Source: Gracilinanus agilis (Eukaryota). Taken from it: a stretch of 64,000 nucleotides of DNA. Below are positions 26,730-39,742 of this stretch, piece by piece. The notes beneath the pieces were generated by a model. That model ran no database searches, had not been told where the DNA came from, and saw nothing but the letters and a program-made list of their open reading frames with translations. Both the position numbers and the translations under genes were made by a program. Every line of letters starts with the position of its first letter. Positions within the stretch are counted from its first letter, which is position 1. The stretch covers positions 183,257,094-183,321,093 of the forward strand of contig NC_058134.1 of the NCBI RefSeq assembly GCF_016433145.1. The letters run 5' to 3'.

Positions 26730-26750
26730 NNNNNNNNNNNNNNNNNNNNT
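26578..26750. other. Run of 173 N (assembly gap or masking)
   Basis: Directly visible in the sequence. Confidence 0.99.
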
Positions 26751-26955
26751 CAATTTTAGAAAACACCACTGGAGAACTGTTTAATTGCTTTAGTCTATGC
26801 AAATTTGTGGATTTTGTAACTATAGAAATTATAAATATTGTAAAAAAAAAAGTGGTTACGTTAACATCGTTTAAAATTGCCTGTCTGCAACAGATATTTA
26901 CAACTAGACAAAATTTTATTACTAAAAGGGCATGTTACTTAAAATCTATTACCTT

Positions 26956-27161
26956 GGGGGCAGCCGGGTAGCTCAGTGGATTGAGAACCAAACCTAGAAA
27001 CCAGAGGTCCTAGGTTCAAATCTGGCCACAAACACTTCTCAGTGGTGTGACCCTGGGCAAGTCACTTGAACCCCATTACCTAGTCCTTACCACTCCTCTG
27101 CCTTGAAACCAATACACAGTATTGATTCCAAGATAGAAGGTAAAAGTTTTTATTTTTTAAA
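26956..27161 (+). mobile_element. SINE1_Mdo-like SINE, full length
   Basis: TSD AAAATCTATTACCTT (26941-26955) / AAAATCTGTGACCTT (27162-27176). Confidence 0.92.
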
Positions 27162-28084
27162 AAAATCTGTGACCTTAAGAGATTGATTGCTTCTTCTTTC
27201 TTCTGGGCCTATTTCTTCTACTTTAGCACTAAGCTACTGTTTTCTGATGAGGTAAAGAGGTGCTCTGCATAGGTGGTGGAAGTTAGTGGAAGTCTCCTGG
27301 TCTGCAGGAGAAAACTAAGACTTATACTGGTCTAAGGTGTAATGTGGGATGGGTACATGATTGATGATCCAGTATATATGTTTTAATTAGCTGTAAGAGG
27401 ACCTATTTAAGTAGAGTAGAAAAGCTATAAAAAACTTTTCATAAACTTACTCCCCCTCCCAGATCACTTTAAAATAGCAATTAGGATTAGTAGTTCTTAG
27501 ATTCTTAGAACTATAGTAAAAAAAAGAAGGTTGTATTAAATTATTTCCCATGGAGCTAAGCATGTGCTCATCCTTTCTGATGGGTCATACATTCTTGCTT
27601 ATAACCTTTATAGCTGGTAGGAGTTAGGAGAAGGAAGGAGAAGTTCACTCTACCACTTTCTTTAAGTCCTACAAGAATGTGGAAGCCTTTTCTCCTCATT
27701 CTTCCTAAAACCTACTAAGGGACCGCTGTTCCTTACTTAGTCACTAGTCATCTTTGAAACAGCCTAATAATCATAGTGATGAATATGGACTTTCCATATC
27801 ATTCCAACCCAACCTCTGCACAAGTCCTTTAGTAAAGAACTAGATCACCTGAATGGGCCCAGAGTATATGCTCAATTCCATGGAAATCATTACAGTCCAA
27901 ACTCCTATTATTCTAGTAACAGAAGGGATTTTTAATCCCTCATAGGATTAAATACAGAAATAATAATAGCCTATATTTATATTGAACTTGAATGTTTTCA
28001 AAATGTTTTCTTTGCAACAACCCTGAAAGGTAAGTAATATAATTAAACCCATTTTATAGATGAAGAAACAGACTCGTGGAAGTT

Positions 28085-28570
28085 AACTTTTCTTAATCAG
28101 TCTTTCAGACATATCTAATTCTTTGTGACTCTATGGACCATACTGTCAGTGGGGTTTTTTGGGCAAAGATGTGGAGTGATTTGCCATTTCCTTCTCCAGT
28201 GGATTAAGGCAAAACAGAGAATAAGTGAATTGTGCAGAGTCAAAGACTAAAAAGTATTTTAGGCTGTATTTGAACTTGAGTCTTCCTGATTCTAGACCCA
28301 ACATTCTATCCACTGTGCCATCTAAGCTGCCTTCCTGTAAGTTTTGTCCTCATTTGGGATTTTCTTGACAAAGATACTGGAGTGGTTTGCCATGTCTTCC
28401 TCCTCATTCAGACAGAGAAGGAAATTGAGGCAACTGGGTTTAAACAACCTTGCCCAGGCTCACATAGCTAGTAAGTGTCTGAAGTCATATTTTACCTCAT
28501 AAAAAGTTTTCTTAACTTCAAATCCAGCACTGTTATCTTCCATGCCTCTAGCTGCCCAGAAATTATCTTA
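28085..28570 (-). mobile_element. Two adjacent Mar1-type SINEs
   Basis: The motif ggttttcttggcaaagat...tttgccat occurs twice (~28135 and ~28355), each followed by a CORE domain. Confidence 0.8.
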
Positions 28571-28729
28571 TTTGCCTATAATCACATAACCTATAAGTGT
28601 CAAGAGCCAGACTTCAACTCTGGTCCTCTTGATACAAAGACTAGTGTTTTTTGCATTATACTATGCTGCCTCCTCTCTAATAGACAAAACATTTATATAA
28701 AATGCTTTAAACACATCCCATGAAGGAAA

Positions 28730-29570
28730 CTCACCACTTTAATGAGGTAGGTAACCCATTATAATTTTGGATAGCCGATTACTGCAATGTTTATGTACTG
28801 GGTTGAAATTTGTATCCCCATAATTTCCATCTTGGTTTTAGTTCTTTCTGTTGATATAGCACAGAATAAGTTTAATAAGTCAAAATTATATCCTTTTATG
28901 GGAGGAGGGGATTATGTTGTTCTTAGACTTCTAGGCTTTACATCCTCATTTCCTTTCATGATATAGTTTTTAGGTCCTTTGCGACTTTTATGACCCTCTT
29001 ATGGAGTTGTTATATACCTCCTGAAACACCTAGAACTGAATATGTAGTATTCAAGTCATGGATCAGTGCAGTATATAGAACTATTAATTCTTTGATCTAG
29101 ACTTCATTCTTATTGTTATGCTTTCTGTGTCTTTTTTTTGGACACTGCCATATCACACCATGAATTTTCCAAATAACTAAAATTAAGGGTTTTTTTGTCT
29201 TTTAAACATAAACTTCTTTCTAGTTACATCTTTTCATTCCTTACTTAGTTGATTTTTTTTTGAGCTTGAGCTTAGGACTTTATATTTTCCCTTATTTCAT
29301 CTTATTTTCAAGCCCTCATTCAAAGATGTTGAGATTTTTTAATTGTGATTTTGATATTCACCATATTGATTACCTAACCTAGTTTTGTTATGTACAGATT
29401 TGTTAAAGGATGCCTTCTGTCTTTACTCAAATTTTGATGAAATTATTGAATTTCAGAAGAGCTAGAGCTGAGGATAGATCCTTTTGATCTCTAAGTGGAT
29501 CTCTAATGTCTAAGTGGACATTCATCAGTTAATCAGCATGCTTTGAATAGAGTTGTATAATCAGTTGTGA
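28730..29570 (-). mobile_element. CR1/L3 LINE fragment
   Basis: Resembles the reversed CR1 ORF2 3' region; heavily decayed. Confidence 0.55.
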
Positions 29571-30660
29571 ATCATAGAATCATAGATTGAGCTGGAAAGT
29601 ACCTTAGAGGTTATTTAATCCTTAATTTTACAGAAGAGGAGCTGAGCCTAAGAGTCAGTCAAGTAGCATTTATTAAGCTCTTCCTACTCTATGCCAGGCA
29701 CTGTGCACTGGAGATAAAAAGAAAGGCAATTGATGTTTCCTGCTCTTCAGGAGCTCCCACTGATGGCAGAGAAAACATACAAACAGCTATTTACAACAAC
29801 TGTGTACATGATTGATTAAGGGTAGTCTCAGAGGGAAGATTAAGGAGGTCCAAGAAATCATTTTGCAGAAGGTATGACTTAAGCCAAAACTTGAAAGGAA
29901 GAGGGAGAAAAGTGCAGGCATAAGGGGATAAATTGTGAAAATCCATGCAGTCAAGAGATGGGCAGTGTCTTATGTGTGAGTTACCTCTAGGAGACCAGCT
30001 GTCATTAGATTGCAAAACATGTGGAGTAGAGGGTAAGTTGTAAGAAGACTAGAAAAGTGGAAGGGGCCAGGCTATGAAGAGCTTTAAAAGCCAGGTAGGT
30101 TTTATATTTGATAACAGAAGAACAGTTTGACAGTGGAAGTGGAGGATAGATTGGATTGGGGAGAAACTTGAGACAGAGAGATCAATTAACAAGCTATTGG
30201 AAAAAGCAAGGTGTGAGATGATAAGAACCTACTTTAGGATGGCTACAGTGTAAGAGGAAAGAAGGTGACATACAGGAGAGATACTATGAAGGAAAAATGA
30301 CAGGACTTGAGAATTGACTGGATATTGTTAAATGGCTTGCCCAAGGTTACACAGTTAAGTGTCTAAGGTAGGATTTAAACCCAGATTTTCTTCATTCCCA
30401 AGTCCAACATGCTACCTGCTGAACTCTACATTCTCTCAGATTGTAATATTACCCAGTCCACATTTCTCTTGTCATATCCACAAGGATATAAGAGATTCAG
30501 TTCTGCTAGATAACTTACTAAAATCAAGAAACACTTAAGTCTGTGGCATCCCCCTTATTGATGAGCCATCCATCAAGCTCTATTTCTACTGTTTTCCATT
30601 TTTAACATACCAAAACAGATGACCAAATTGACCTTCCATTTAAAAAAATAGTTATTCTCA

Positions 30661-30682
30661 CATACATACATACATACATACA

Positions 30683-30712
<30 letters not shown>
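30661..30712. repeat. (CATA)13 microsatellite
   Basis: Perfect tetranucleotide run. Confidence 0.98.
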
Positions 30713-30715
<3 letters not shown>

Positions 30716-32621
30716 TATGAATGATCATTTATACTTAAAAAAGTGTGGCAGGCAACCTGTGATTTGCTTTTATTAGTTTTCCAAATGATTTAACTTTAGG
30801 GGAATCATAATTGTTTCTAGTTAATTTGAAAGCTTGATAATCTTTATTAAGTGCTTACTGCGTGCAGTGCTATGGGCCAGGTGATGAAGGTCCAAACAAA
30901 ATAAAAAATAATTTGAATAAACCTAGGTTTTCATGGAGATAGGTCAAAATGGAACTTTAGTTTATTTATAAAGTGTTTACTTTCTAGCCAATCCATAAAA
31001 TTAGCCAATTGAAATCTTAGGGCCTAAAATAGATTAATTAGTTGGAATTCAGTATCTGCTGTGTCCCTTTTATAGATGTCAAATATAGAAGGTAGACGTA
31101 ATGACAATAGAAAATACTGCTATTCAGCAGGTTCATACTTTGAAGAAAAAATAATTCACTTATTTTGGAGCTACCATCAAAAAAGGTAAAGTCAATTAAG
31201 GGTTCACATAATGGCTTTTTGCTTGTCATTTCAATTCTAAGTATAAAATCTTTTGAGATGACTTGTAATTTCAATCCTAAATATAGGTGGAAGTAGCAAT
31301 TTATTGGCATTAGAACAAAACATTAGTGCTTTTGAATTATGTCTTTCAAGAATTTGGAAATAGAATAAAAAATTGACAACTTTTAAAATTTTGTTTAAAT
31401 GTCTGAGTGTTAAGTTTATTTTATTTTAGACATTCTTTGAAAGTGGCAGTCTACAGATGGTATGCAAATATCCTTTATTAAAGCCATTATTCACAACAAT
31501 AGAAATTCATAATATGCTTTATATTCAACCACATTGTATCACAGAATTTAGATATAATGTAATTTGCCAAAAACCAAGATAAGACCAACTGTGAGATCTA
31601 ACATTTTACCTATAACTGTTTTCATAGGCCTAATTAAAGATGTTAGGTGGAGTAGCCTTGTATATGAAAATTTTATCCTCCACAGCTCCTAGAGAGCCAT
31701 AGTAGAAAGGATGCTAGATTTGGAATTCCCTAACCATGATGGAGGAGCAGATTGAAAAACAGATAGGAAAAGTAATTTAAGGTTTATAAAGTAGATTTGT
31801 TTAGTGTCTTATATTAGAAATCAGCACTTTCAGATTCTTGGGCACTTTAGCACCATACCACAGAAATGCCTTTTCAGAAAAGTAAAATGGAAATAAAAGA
31901 CATAATTCCTACTCTTAATTCAGTCACTCATCACTTAAAGTAACCATAGGACAGGAACAGAAACATTCATTATTGAAATTATAGCCTACTTTGAAACATG
32001 AACCTACCTCCCCCCAAAAACACAAAAATAATTCCCCATATACCTGAGCTTCAGGTTAAATAGGCATTGAATTTTAGACTTTTATAGCAGGCATTGAATT
32101 TTGAATGGTTTAAAATTTATTGAAGAATTTGATCATCATTTCATTTTGGGGTAGGGACATAGGAAAGATGAGTAAAGCTTTTAACTAGTCACTGTATTTT
32201 AAGCATAAACTTAAGTTGTATTTGCATTTTGAAGTAATAGATTTTAAAACTAGGTCTTATTTTGTAGGCAACTTTTAGATATATTTGAGTGCAGAATTTT
32301 TAATTTTTTTCCATTATATTTCAGTATGTTTTTTGTCTTGAAGTTACAAAATTATGGCTCTGCATTCTTCTTTTTTGAAGTTTATATTTTGAAATGAAGA
32401 TTTCCCCTCTCACCCCTACTCCATGTCTTTATTTCTCTCCCTTTCCCCTTTTAAATTTTGTAATACAAAAAATCAGAACAAATTTTGAATTCTTTATTCA
32501 GCCTCAGAATTTGTTATATGGGGAAACTGGGAATTAGAATCAGTTTTTAGCCTGATTACAATAAAATTAAATTTTTTATCAAGTATTAGAAGATATTTTC
32601 CTTCTGCGTAAATATCTCTGA

Positions 32622-32954
<333 letters not shown>

Positions 32955-33567
32955 TAAAATATCTGATGTTTAAATTGATCATTTCATATGGAAATCCATG
33001 ATTTTTCTTTCATCTAATCTGGAAAAATAGGTGATTTGTTCAAATAAAAATAAAAGATTATTGGCCTTGTCCAGGGATCTTCATCCTATGAATATGTATA
33101 TATAACTTTTAATTCAACCATTTATAATCTTACATATAGCTTATTTGATCACTCTTGAGTGTGCTTGATGTTAAAGATTCACGTGTATCATTCTCAGAAT
33201 TTTAGAAGTTTTAACTTCAAGATTTTCTGGTCTCTATTGCTGCTTCTAGAATAGGCAAGGTTTTTAAATTTCATTATTTTTTTAACATTGTTACTTTTCC
33301 CTTGATAGAACTTAATTTTAAGGAAGCAGAGATTTTTAAAACAAAGGATATTTAAAAATAATAATTTTACAGAATTAGGCATTATTTTGTACTGTTAAAC
33401 TGAACATGAAGATTTGCATTTAAAAATATATATAAATTGTTAATGTCAAATTTTCAGTTAAAGCAATAAATATTAAAAGATATTAAAATAGTTATATTTG
33501 GTGTAATATGAGAAGTTCTTAATAGGATTTTTTAAAATAGAAATTTGCTAAGATATTTAAAATGAAC

Positions 33568-33607
33568 TTCAGAGGATATAAAATATGTTCAGAGGATATA
33601 AAATATG
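33568..33607. repeat. Exact 20-bp tandem duplication TTCAGAGGATATAAAATATG x2
   Basis: Directly visible. Confidence 0.95.
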
Positions 33608-33879
33608 GAAGAAGCTCTTAAAATAAATATGTGAAAATATTATACTACATACAGTGTCTGCATACATGCCTTTAAAATTTTATGTATAAAAAATCAAAAT
33701 TAGACTCATTTTATCAAGTAAGAATTATATATTTTAAGATTATTATACATTAGGACAGTTAGAGGTATTTTGGAAAAATTCTATATTTTTAGTCTTAATT
33801 ACTAAATTTGAGACCATTTGACATAATATATGGCTATCTTGTAGGTTCAAAAAGTATTTGCAAAACTATGTGCTTGGTC

Positions 33880-34075
33880 TTTTTTTTTTATCCTTACCTT
33901 CCATCTTAGAATCAATATTAAGTATTGGTTCCAGGGCAGAAGAGTGGTAAGGGCTGGGCAATGGGGGTCAGCCCAGGGTCACAGAGCTTCTTTAAGAAGA
34001 ATCTGTGGTCAAATTTGAACCCAGGACTTCCCATCCTTAGGCCTGGCTCAATCCACTGAGCCACACAGCTAGGCC
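33880..34075 (-). mobile_element. SINE1_Mdo-like SINE
   Basis: ccttaccttccatcttagaatcaat...gcagaagagtggtaagggct...aggcctggctcaatccactgagcc. Confidence 0.88.
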
Positions 34076-36464
34076 TTTTAAGACATGGTATCTGCTAAAA
34101 GTAGTATACATTATTGTAGAGACAAAATATACACATAAGCAACAGTAAATAAAAATATAAGACAAATGAGTGATTGTACTAAAGGAGTGGTATAGAGAGT
34201 AAGGGCTTTAGGATTTCAGAGAATTTAGCCTAGTATAACAAGAACTTATCCTTTTGTTTCTAAGAGCATAAGTTGCAGAACAGATACTGTCTGCATTGAG
34301 GAGGGAGTTTTCTTACCCTGTGTTGCCCCTAAAGTGATCAAATGGCAGGTTCAAACAAAGAAACAAAAAAAGATTAATTATGGGGAAGTCTATCTAAAGA
34401 ATGTGAAACTTGAATTATGTTTTGCAAGTAAAACATAGAATATTCCTTTTGTGGTATTCAATATGTTTCTTCACTTTTGCCTCTTCCAAATGCATTTATA
34501 TGATAAGTAATAACTTGGAAGAAAACTAACATTTCATGATCAAAGTAGAAATAACTGAAAATTATATAAGCTTTCTGAAGGCTTATAGAGATTTACATAG
34601 ACCTTTCCATGAAATTTAAATCCTAGTTAGGAGTAGTTAATTTTATTTTCAGAAAAATATTTATCATTGAATATACATGTATTTGTGGCATGCTTGATAT
34701 TTCGAGACTTTATTAAATTTCTTAAGGGGACAAGAGAGGGAAAACATAACTCGTGTGACATACTAGCTAGTTTATATTGTATTCTTATTAGGGGAAATAT
34801 AGATTTGTATAGATTGTACAGATAAAGTTTGAAAATGCAAAATTTACAACTAAGAAGTACAATATTAGGAATTTACTTTCGTGAAATCAAGGTGGCGTTT
34901 TTTTTTTCTTAAGCCAAAAAATAGGTAAATTTTCATGGTCTGTTAACAATTAGGGAAAATATTTGGTATAATATTAACTTCATCTTAAAAGGAATTTTGC
35001 TGTCTGTCTATACTAGGACTGTAGTCAAAGTTGGAGCATTTGAGGATATGACTGGAATACAGCTCTGCTACTTTTATTCCAGAGTAGAATGCAACCTTCT
35101 TTAGGGTAGCAATTGTTTTTTGTTGGTTTTGTGTCCTCAGAACCTACCCAAGTACTTTGTACATAGAAGATACTTAATACATTTTTTATTGCATTTAGTT
35201 ATGAAGTAGCAAAGGAAACACAGTAGTATCCTGAGGATGAGCTGAACTTGTGTTGCTTTGATTTTAGAACATTAAAAAGACACTTGGGCCTACAGATCAA
35301 GTTACTAGTGCTGCATTTACTACTTATTTAGCTACATGACTGTAGCCATTTGAGTTAAAATGTCTAGGTGGGGCATAATTTATATCCAAAATGATGGGAT
35401 GGGATGAACTAGACTGTTTCTAATATTTCCTCTGGGTCACACATATTATGTTCTTAAGCATTTCCACTGGCGTTCCTATCCTGACTGTATTGGCAACTGG
35501 CAGCAGGCTAATCATTGATGATATAACAATCAAGTAAAACAGTTCCTTAGAGTAATACAGATTGACACCTCTGTCAGACTAGTAACATTGGTGGAAAGAG
35601 AAGAATTTCCCTCCTTGAAGAATGTATGTAGCCTTGCTGGGCTTAGGTAAAGAGAGAACAAAGGCAAAAAGGAAACTTGGTTCCCAGTCCAGTCACAGTG
35701 ACATTCTTTCCAAAGAAATAGATATGGAGCCAAGATGGCTGCTTAGTATCAGTGAAAGCTGAAACTGCTCTGAAAATTCTTCTAAAGAAATGGATATTTG
35801 TTTGAACATTTATAACTTTAAAAAGTTTTTTTAGAGCAATAAGCACGTATCCTATCACTTTATACAGAAAAAAGGTGAAAGATCCTAGACTTGTCTAATA
35901 TTTTATAGAGCTACAAATCAAAGGCAGGAAAAAGGGAAAACAATTTAATTTTCTGAAGGGAGCCTGACTTAACACTGTGATAGCAAGCTAATGACTGCAG
36001 GATAAAGCAGAGAATCTAAATAAGCCGTTTTCTACTTCATTTTATGATAATCATTTGTCATTTTCGATTAAAGTAGTATGGTTTTCATATTTTATTTTGA
36101 AAATATCTATTTTCCTTAATATATGATTATATATATTTTTTGTGTTCTTAAAAAGTTTGAGGACCAAAATTTCTTGCCTATGAGTATATCTATCTCCAAA
36201 TAATAGAAATTGGTGGGAAGATAAGCTTGATTTGATAGAAACTTGTCTCAGATATTTTAATGATCTCATATAATAATCGCCTTGCTAAATAAATCAGTTT
36301 TGAGCTCTGCTTTTAGTGAACATTTTAAAATTATACCTTGATTCTTAAACTTAAAGATTTATGTTGCTAAGCTATCAATTTCATCTTTGAGTTGTTATAA
36401 TGGAACTTGATGATTTCCTTAGAAATTATCTTGTGAAACATTTTCTTAGGCTTAAAAATATTGA

Positions 36465-36655
36465 GGGGACAGCTGGGTGGCTTGGTGAATTGAGAGCCAA
36501 GCCTAGAAATGGGAGGTCCCCTAGGTTCAAATCTGGCCTCAGACACTTCCTAGCTGTGTGACCCTGGGCAAATCATTTAACCCCCATTGCTTAGCCCTTA
36601 ACTGCTCTTCTGCCTTGGAACCAATACATAGTATTGATTCTAGGATGGAAGGTAA
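36465..36655 (+). mobile_element. SINE1_Mdo-like SINE
   Basis: Full head, CORE domain and tail. Confidence 0.9.
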
Positions 36656-36730
36656 TTTTATTCATATATATAAAATTTTAGGCTAAATTTTAGTATGCTT
36701 AGATTTTATTAACTTCTTATTTTTAAGTCC

Positions 36731-36901
36731 TTACCTTCTGTTTTAGAATCAATGCTAAGGATCAGTTCCAAGGCAGAAGAATAGGTGCAGCAATGGCTAG
36801 GCAATTGGATCACACAGTTAGGAAGTGTCAGAGGCCAGATTTGATCCGAAGACCTCCCCATCTCTATGCCTGGCTCTATCCACTGATCCACCAGCTGCCC
36901 C
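36731..36901 (-). mobile_element. SINE1_Mdo-like SINE with an internal deletion, inverted relative to 36465-36655
   Basis: Reverse-complement match ending ccaccagctgcccc. Confidence 0.88.
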
Positions 36902-37231
36902 TTTATCAGGAGATTTTTAAGAGCTTTTCTAAGTACTTGCAGAGAGCTTGAATTGTGTATTGTGATTCTTATACTAAAAGATTTAGAGCTTTCAATAATA
37001 GTAATATCATATTTCCTACTACATGCAAAAGTCTTGGACTTGGCCATGTGTTTGACACCTCTGACAGAGAATTTCTCAGGTCAGGAAATACAGTCTCTTT
37101 ACCAATGCAAGTCAGCACCTTCTCTGCAACTACAAAGCTCTAGAAAAGTTGCCTAGTGCACCAAAAGACTTAAAGAAACTTGTCTGGGGCCATACAGCCA
37201 GTGCATAACAGAGGTAGAGCTCAATCTCGGC

Positions 37232-37579
37232 CAGTGATGGCAAACCTTTTAGAGATGGAGTGGCAGGCCCCACCCCCTGAGCAAGTGCTATGCCTGTTCT
37301 TCCCCACCCCGTGACATTCTGCTGTGCCCCTCCCCCTACTGAGTGCTGGGTGTGGGCCACCCCCCAACCCCACACAAGGGAGGGAGGAAGTACTCCCATT
37401 GAGCTACTGGGAGAGGGGTGGGGGAAAGTGAGGAATGTCCTCAGGCATGATGGAAAAGGAGGAAGGGAGCAGCTCCCCCTCCTCCCCCCAGGAGTCTCTG
37501 TCTTTCTAGTAACAAACTGTAGTGGGGGGGGCAGTCAAGTTCTGTCTTTGGCACTGGTGCCATAGGTTAGCCATCATTG
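37232..37579. mobile_element. Non-autonomous hAT (Charlie-type) DNA transposon, 348 bp, nested in an older SINE
   Basis: TIRs CAGTGATGGCAAACCT / AGGTTAGCCATCATTG; degenerate 8-bp TSD ATCTCGGC / ATCTAGGT. Confidence 0.85.
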
Positions 37580-37839
37580 ATCTAGGTCTTCTTAGTTTTG
37601 AGGATGACTTTCTATCCCTCCCATCCCACCCTATTGGTATAGTAATGTATTAGCTTAAAACTCAGGTTACATATTTAAATGAAGAGCATTATTAATTTTG
37701 AATGGTTAAATTTCTGACTGATTATAAATTTAAATGAAGATCATCATTTAGTGGAGAGAGAACTCTAGGCAATAGAACACTAAAGTAAAAGGTCAAATTT
37801 TCTATCCAACTTTTTATAGGTTAACATTAAAAAATTTTT

Positions 37840-38030
37840 CCTTTAACTCTTACCTTCTGACTTAGAATCAATAACAGTGTATTGGTTTCAAGGCAGAAGA
37901 GCAGTAAGGGCTAGGTAATTGGGGGTTAAGTGATTTGCCCAGGGTCATAGCTAGGAAGTGGCTGAGGCCAGATTTGAACCCAGGACCTCTTAAGTTTGGC
38001 TCTTAATCCACTGAACCACCTAGTCGCCTC
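37840..38030 (-). mobile_element. SINE1_Mdo-like SINE
   Basis: ctttaactcttaccttctgacttagaatcaat...gaggccagatttgaacccaggacctc. Confidence 0.87.
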
Positions 38031-38639
38031 CTGTACTTTTGATTTTGAATTAAATATTTCTAAAAGAAGATATTTAAATATAATCATTTTTTCCTTTGAC
38101 CTAATATTGATGTCTTGCCTGAAAATTTCTTAATACATTACAGAAATTTGAAAAGATAATGATCATAGAAGATAACTTCTATCCATTACACTGATTTAGG
38201 CAGTGTTTAAAATGTTCACTAAATAGCCTAAACTGTGAGCTATATGTTATTGTATAGTTCATAAATATATAATTATTAGAGGCAGCTAGGTGCCAAAGCT
38301 CCGAATCTGAATTCTGGAAGAACTTGAGTTCAGATTCAACCCCATTATACTTACTAGGTATGTGACCCTGTGCAAGTCACTTAACCTGTCTGCCTCAGAT
38401 TTTCCTTTAGAGGTAAAATCAGGATAATAACATCTGCCTTAAGAGATTGCTGTGAGGAAAAAATGAGATATTTGTAAAGCAGCTTGCAAACTTTAAAGCC
38501 CTGTATAAATGCTAGCTGGCTATTATTACTATTATTATTTTATTTTAAAAGTAATAATTTAAAACTAAAAACCATTTTTATAACAATTCCTTCTTTGTGT
38601 GTGTACACTTAGGCACATACACATACACAATGGTCCCAA

Positions 38640-39600
38640 TGCTGTCTACATCTATAATAGCCAAAGTATGGTTAATAACTAAGGTACACTAGAAATGCTA
38701 AGGCAAATTTGATCTTTGGGTATCAACAGTACTTTAGTAGATATTAACTTACTAAACTAGAATGTAGCTCAGGAAAGGTATCTCATTCAGAAGAAATCAG
38801 TTAGATAAAAAGGATGGTATAGAGGCATAGGTTGATTACTGTTGCACATTAATATACTCCAGCAGAAATTGACAACTGGGATAAGGTAGTGAGAAGTAGA
38901 AACAAATGTGACTATATCTGAAGTGTACTATGAGTTAAATAATGGAAGTGTTTAAGAAACAGTTGACAGGAAGGCATATATTATAGTAAAGATGGGAGAA
39001 CTTTGACATCTGGATACTTGTTGCACCTCTGCCCAAAGTTGCTAATTTCTTAATTCCCTTAGTGATAATTTTATCCACCCCAAATTGGAAGAACCAGTAA
39101 GGGTTACTCCTATTCTCAACCTGATTTTCATCAGAAAGAAGTAGCTGGTTCATGAGATGGAAAAATAGGAAATTTTGGCAGAATTGACGGACTCTTTCTT
39201 AGAATTTTTGGTGGAGAGAAGCCAGCCTTGTTTCACATGTATCCCTGATTTGGGGAGAGCATATTTCTAGGGATTGAAAAAAAATAGGAAGTATCCAATG
39301 AACTAAAATTTTACAAAGGAATGCATATCATGATAATGCAAAACTAATGACAAAATAATTCTGAGGAAGAAAATAAGTTCTTTAAAATTTGATCAGTGTA
39401 GATTTATAGAGAACTTATTGCCCAATTTAGACTTTTTTTAAAGCTACATATAGGAGAGGCAGCAATAATATCCAGAATAAAAGAGAACTGCCCTTTGATA
39501 CTATAAGGTATGGTTGCCAAGTCATTGTCAGCGATAGTCTTTAAATACTGTAATACTTGGAGATAACTAAATACTACTCTGATTACTATGCTTGACATCC
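38640..39600 (+). mobile_element. Decayed CR1/L3 LINE fragments
   Basis: CR1-like ORF2 remnants; boundaries uncertain. Confidence 0.45.
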
Positions 39601-39605
39601 TAGAG

Positions 39606-39742
39606 CCATGTTGGTGAACCTATGGAATGTGTGCCAGATGGGGCCTGCTCCCTTTCCCTCTCCACACAGTTTGAGGACATTTCTCATATGATCTGCCCAG
39701 CAGCCCAATAGGCGCTCGGTCTCTAAATCGTTTGCCATCTGC
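39606..39742. mobile_element. Short decayed hAT MITE related to 37232-37579
   Basis: catgttggtgaacctatggaatgtgtgccaga ... tcgtttgccatc; no clear TSD. Confidence 0.45.

Noticed and set aside
26494-26802. ORFs containing X runs
   Set aside because: Artefacts of translating through Ns.
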